This document shows, piece after piece, positions 63,804 through 64,000 of a DNA stretch of 64,000 bases (position 1 is the first letter of the stretch; each line of letters opens with the position of its first letter). The position numbers were made by a program, and so were the translations under genes. Source of the stretch: Macrostomum lignano (Eukaryota). A model generated the notes under the pieces. That model made no database searches, had not been told where the DNA came from, and saw only the letters and a program-made list of their open reading frames with translations. The DNA lies in the NCBI GenBank assembly GCA_002269645.1, contig NIVC01000245.1:620001-684000 (forward strand). Direction: 5' to 3'.

Positions 63804-64000
63804 TCAAAACTATGTACCTACCTATCCATCTATCTATAGGAACCTTCGTTTAACTTGACTTTGCGTGGTCCGAATTTTGTGGGGTTTTCTGCATTCGATG
63901 CGTATTGATGGCGCGCTGGTACACGAAATTTCGCTAAGAAATTGCTTCATTTTTTCGGGTTTAAATATTCGAAAAACTCGATTTTTGTCCCGCATTTTTA

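Overview
Eukaryotic (invertebrate animal) genomic DNA with GT-AG introns; no prokaryotic features. GC-rich exons, polyQ tracts and very dense minisatellites recall flatworm genomes such as Macrostomum (inference only). Host genes: an intronless class A GPCR (15371-16678 +), an intronless M1 aminopeptidase that appears C-terminally short (23404-25740 +), a 4-exon arginase (28551-30805 -), an 8-exon Dishevelled (34827-44263 -) and an intronless DEG/ENaC subunit (59034-60860 -). Mobile DNA: an apparently intact 3.2-kb Chapaev-type transposon with a RAG1/Transib-like transposase (2846-6063, 4-bp TSD); an apparently intact 6.7-kb EnSpm/CACTA element (46079-52811) carrying a transposase plus a 7-exon BEN-domain-like gene reconstructed by hand; a 5.2-kb non-autonomous CCCAG element with cargo (53280-58451); a tRNA-derived SINE; a possible MITE; a Gypsy remnant; an RTE-like LINE remnant. 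About 25 tandem arrays cover roughly 15 kb. Nearly every intron of arginase and dvl holds its own array, and many arrays share a GATTCT core. Also present: a 1.07-kb tandem duplication directly upstream of the GPCR and sharply bounded CpG-free tracts. Exon structures, family calls and counts were made by eye, without database searches.
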